Source: Saprolegnia diclina VS20 (Eukaryota). From it: a DNA stretch of 33,127 bases. Made by a program: the position numbers and the translations under genes. Location: contig NW_008246071.1 in assembly GCF_000281045.1 (NCBI RefSeq), forward strand, positions 31,588-64,714. The letters run 5' to 3'. Under the pieces are notes generated by a model. That model did not search any database. It saw only the letters and a program-made list of their open reading frames with translations, and was not told the origin of the DNA. Below are positions 32,616 to 33,127 of the stretch, piece after piece. The number at the start of each line of letters is the position of its first letter. Within the stretch, counting starts at the first letter, position 1.

Positions 32616-33127
32616 ATGGACAACTGGGACGCTATCGAGGACCTTCACCCGACCATCTTCGCCTACGCTGGCGTGCTCACGCAGTGGCTCGACGGCACCT
32701 TGAAGCAGGATACCTCGGATAATCAAGTAGCCTCGGAGCTGTGGGTCGACGCCTTTCGCCTCGACTGGCCCGGCGACCTCGCGACCTTGCCGATAGCCTA
32801 CCTCGGTGCGCAGCACTTCCGCTTGATCCGCTCCAAGGACATGTACAAGCGCGTGATGAAAGTCTTGTACAACGGCAAAGAGATCCAAGGAGGACTGGAA
32901 ACACACGACGTCGACTTCTACCCGGATGCGTCCTACGTTCCATACCGGGACAACTCGGTCCTGGTCGCCCAGATCATGGCGGCGCCCATGGAAAACGTCT
33001 GGCTAGACGAGCTTGCGTCGCTGCTCAAGACGCCAAAGGCCCTCGCGACGGCGGCGGCGCTCGGCGGCCACGCGCGTCTTCTCGAGTACCTCGTGCGCGA
33101 GAAGAGCATCAACCTCGCCGAAATGGT
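32616..33127 (+). CDS. 5' part of a probable ankyrin-like repeat protein (runs off the window end)
   Basis: Open frame from the ATG at 32616 to the window end, missing from the ORF track because it has no stop: MDNWDAIEDLHPTIFAYAGVLTQW...LWVDAFRLDWPGDLATLP...IRSKDMYKRV...AAALGGHARLLEYLV (ankyrin-like at the end). Confidence 0.7.
   Translation, partial: MDNWDAIEDLHPTIFAYAGVLTQWLDGTLKQDTSDNQVASELWVDAFRLDWPGDLATLPIAYLGAQHFRLIRSKDMYKRVMKVLYNGKEIQGGLETHDVDFYPDASYVPYRDNSVLVAQIMAAPMENVWLDELASLLKTPKALATAAALGGHARLLEYLVREKSINLAEM

Noticed and set aside
1..33127. Many long antisense or alternate-frame ORFs (e.g. 1371-2243, 6239-7219, 8308-9510, 9072-10130, 27944-28843, 28916-29938)
   Set aside because: They shadow real genes, are Arg/Ala/Ser-rich and have no motifs. 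This is expected from high GC at third codon positions.
1446..33127. Apparent ubiquitin-system cluster (BTB-BACK, APC4, RING fusion, RBX1, F-box-like ankyrin gene)
   Set aside because: The genes are interspersed with unrelated loci and ubiquitin genes are abundant in eukaryotes. There is no evidence of co-regulation without synteny data.
1..33127. CRISPR arrays, rRNA/tRNA genes, intact transposons, prokaryotic operons
   Set aside because: No repeat-spacer structure, cloverleaf or rRNA signature, transposase/RT motif or terminal repeat was recognised. The window is intron-containing eukaryotic DNA.

Overview
Gene-dense, GC-rich eukaryotic DNA with very short GT-AG introns (about 40-55 nt) and oomycete-type core-promoter motifs. 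It is most consistent with a saprolegnialean water mould (Saprolegnia-like; the organism is inferred, not proven). I reconstruct 14 protein-coding genes by splicing the ORF fragments by eye: (1) a duplicated 4-TM membrane protein; (2) a BTB-BACK protein ending in RKRKRVSF; (3-5) three paralogous bZIP-like proteins, two of them tandem with a START-like C-terminus; (6) a translin/TRAX-family protein; (7) APC4; (8) a RING + ankyrin + 2OG-Fe(II) oxygenase fusion; (9) a CAMK/CDPK-like kinase fused to an EF-hand and two cNMP-binding domains; (10) a ~12.8 kb, ~4000 aa intact dynein heavy-chain-like gene with degenerate AAA1 catalytic residues; (11) RBX1; (12) an intronless GFA/DUF6151-like gene; (13) a FAM151/menorin-like protein; (14) the 5' part of an ankyrin-like repeat gene. 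The top candidates for unusual biology are the apparent pseudo-motor dynein, the hydroxylase-E3 ligase fusion and the Ca2+/cyclic-nucleotide kinase. I recognised no RNA genes, CRISPR arrays or intact transposons. All family assignments come from motif recognition, not database searches.
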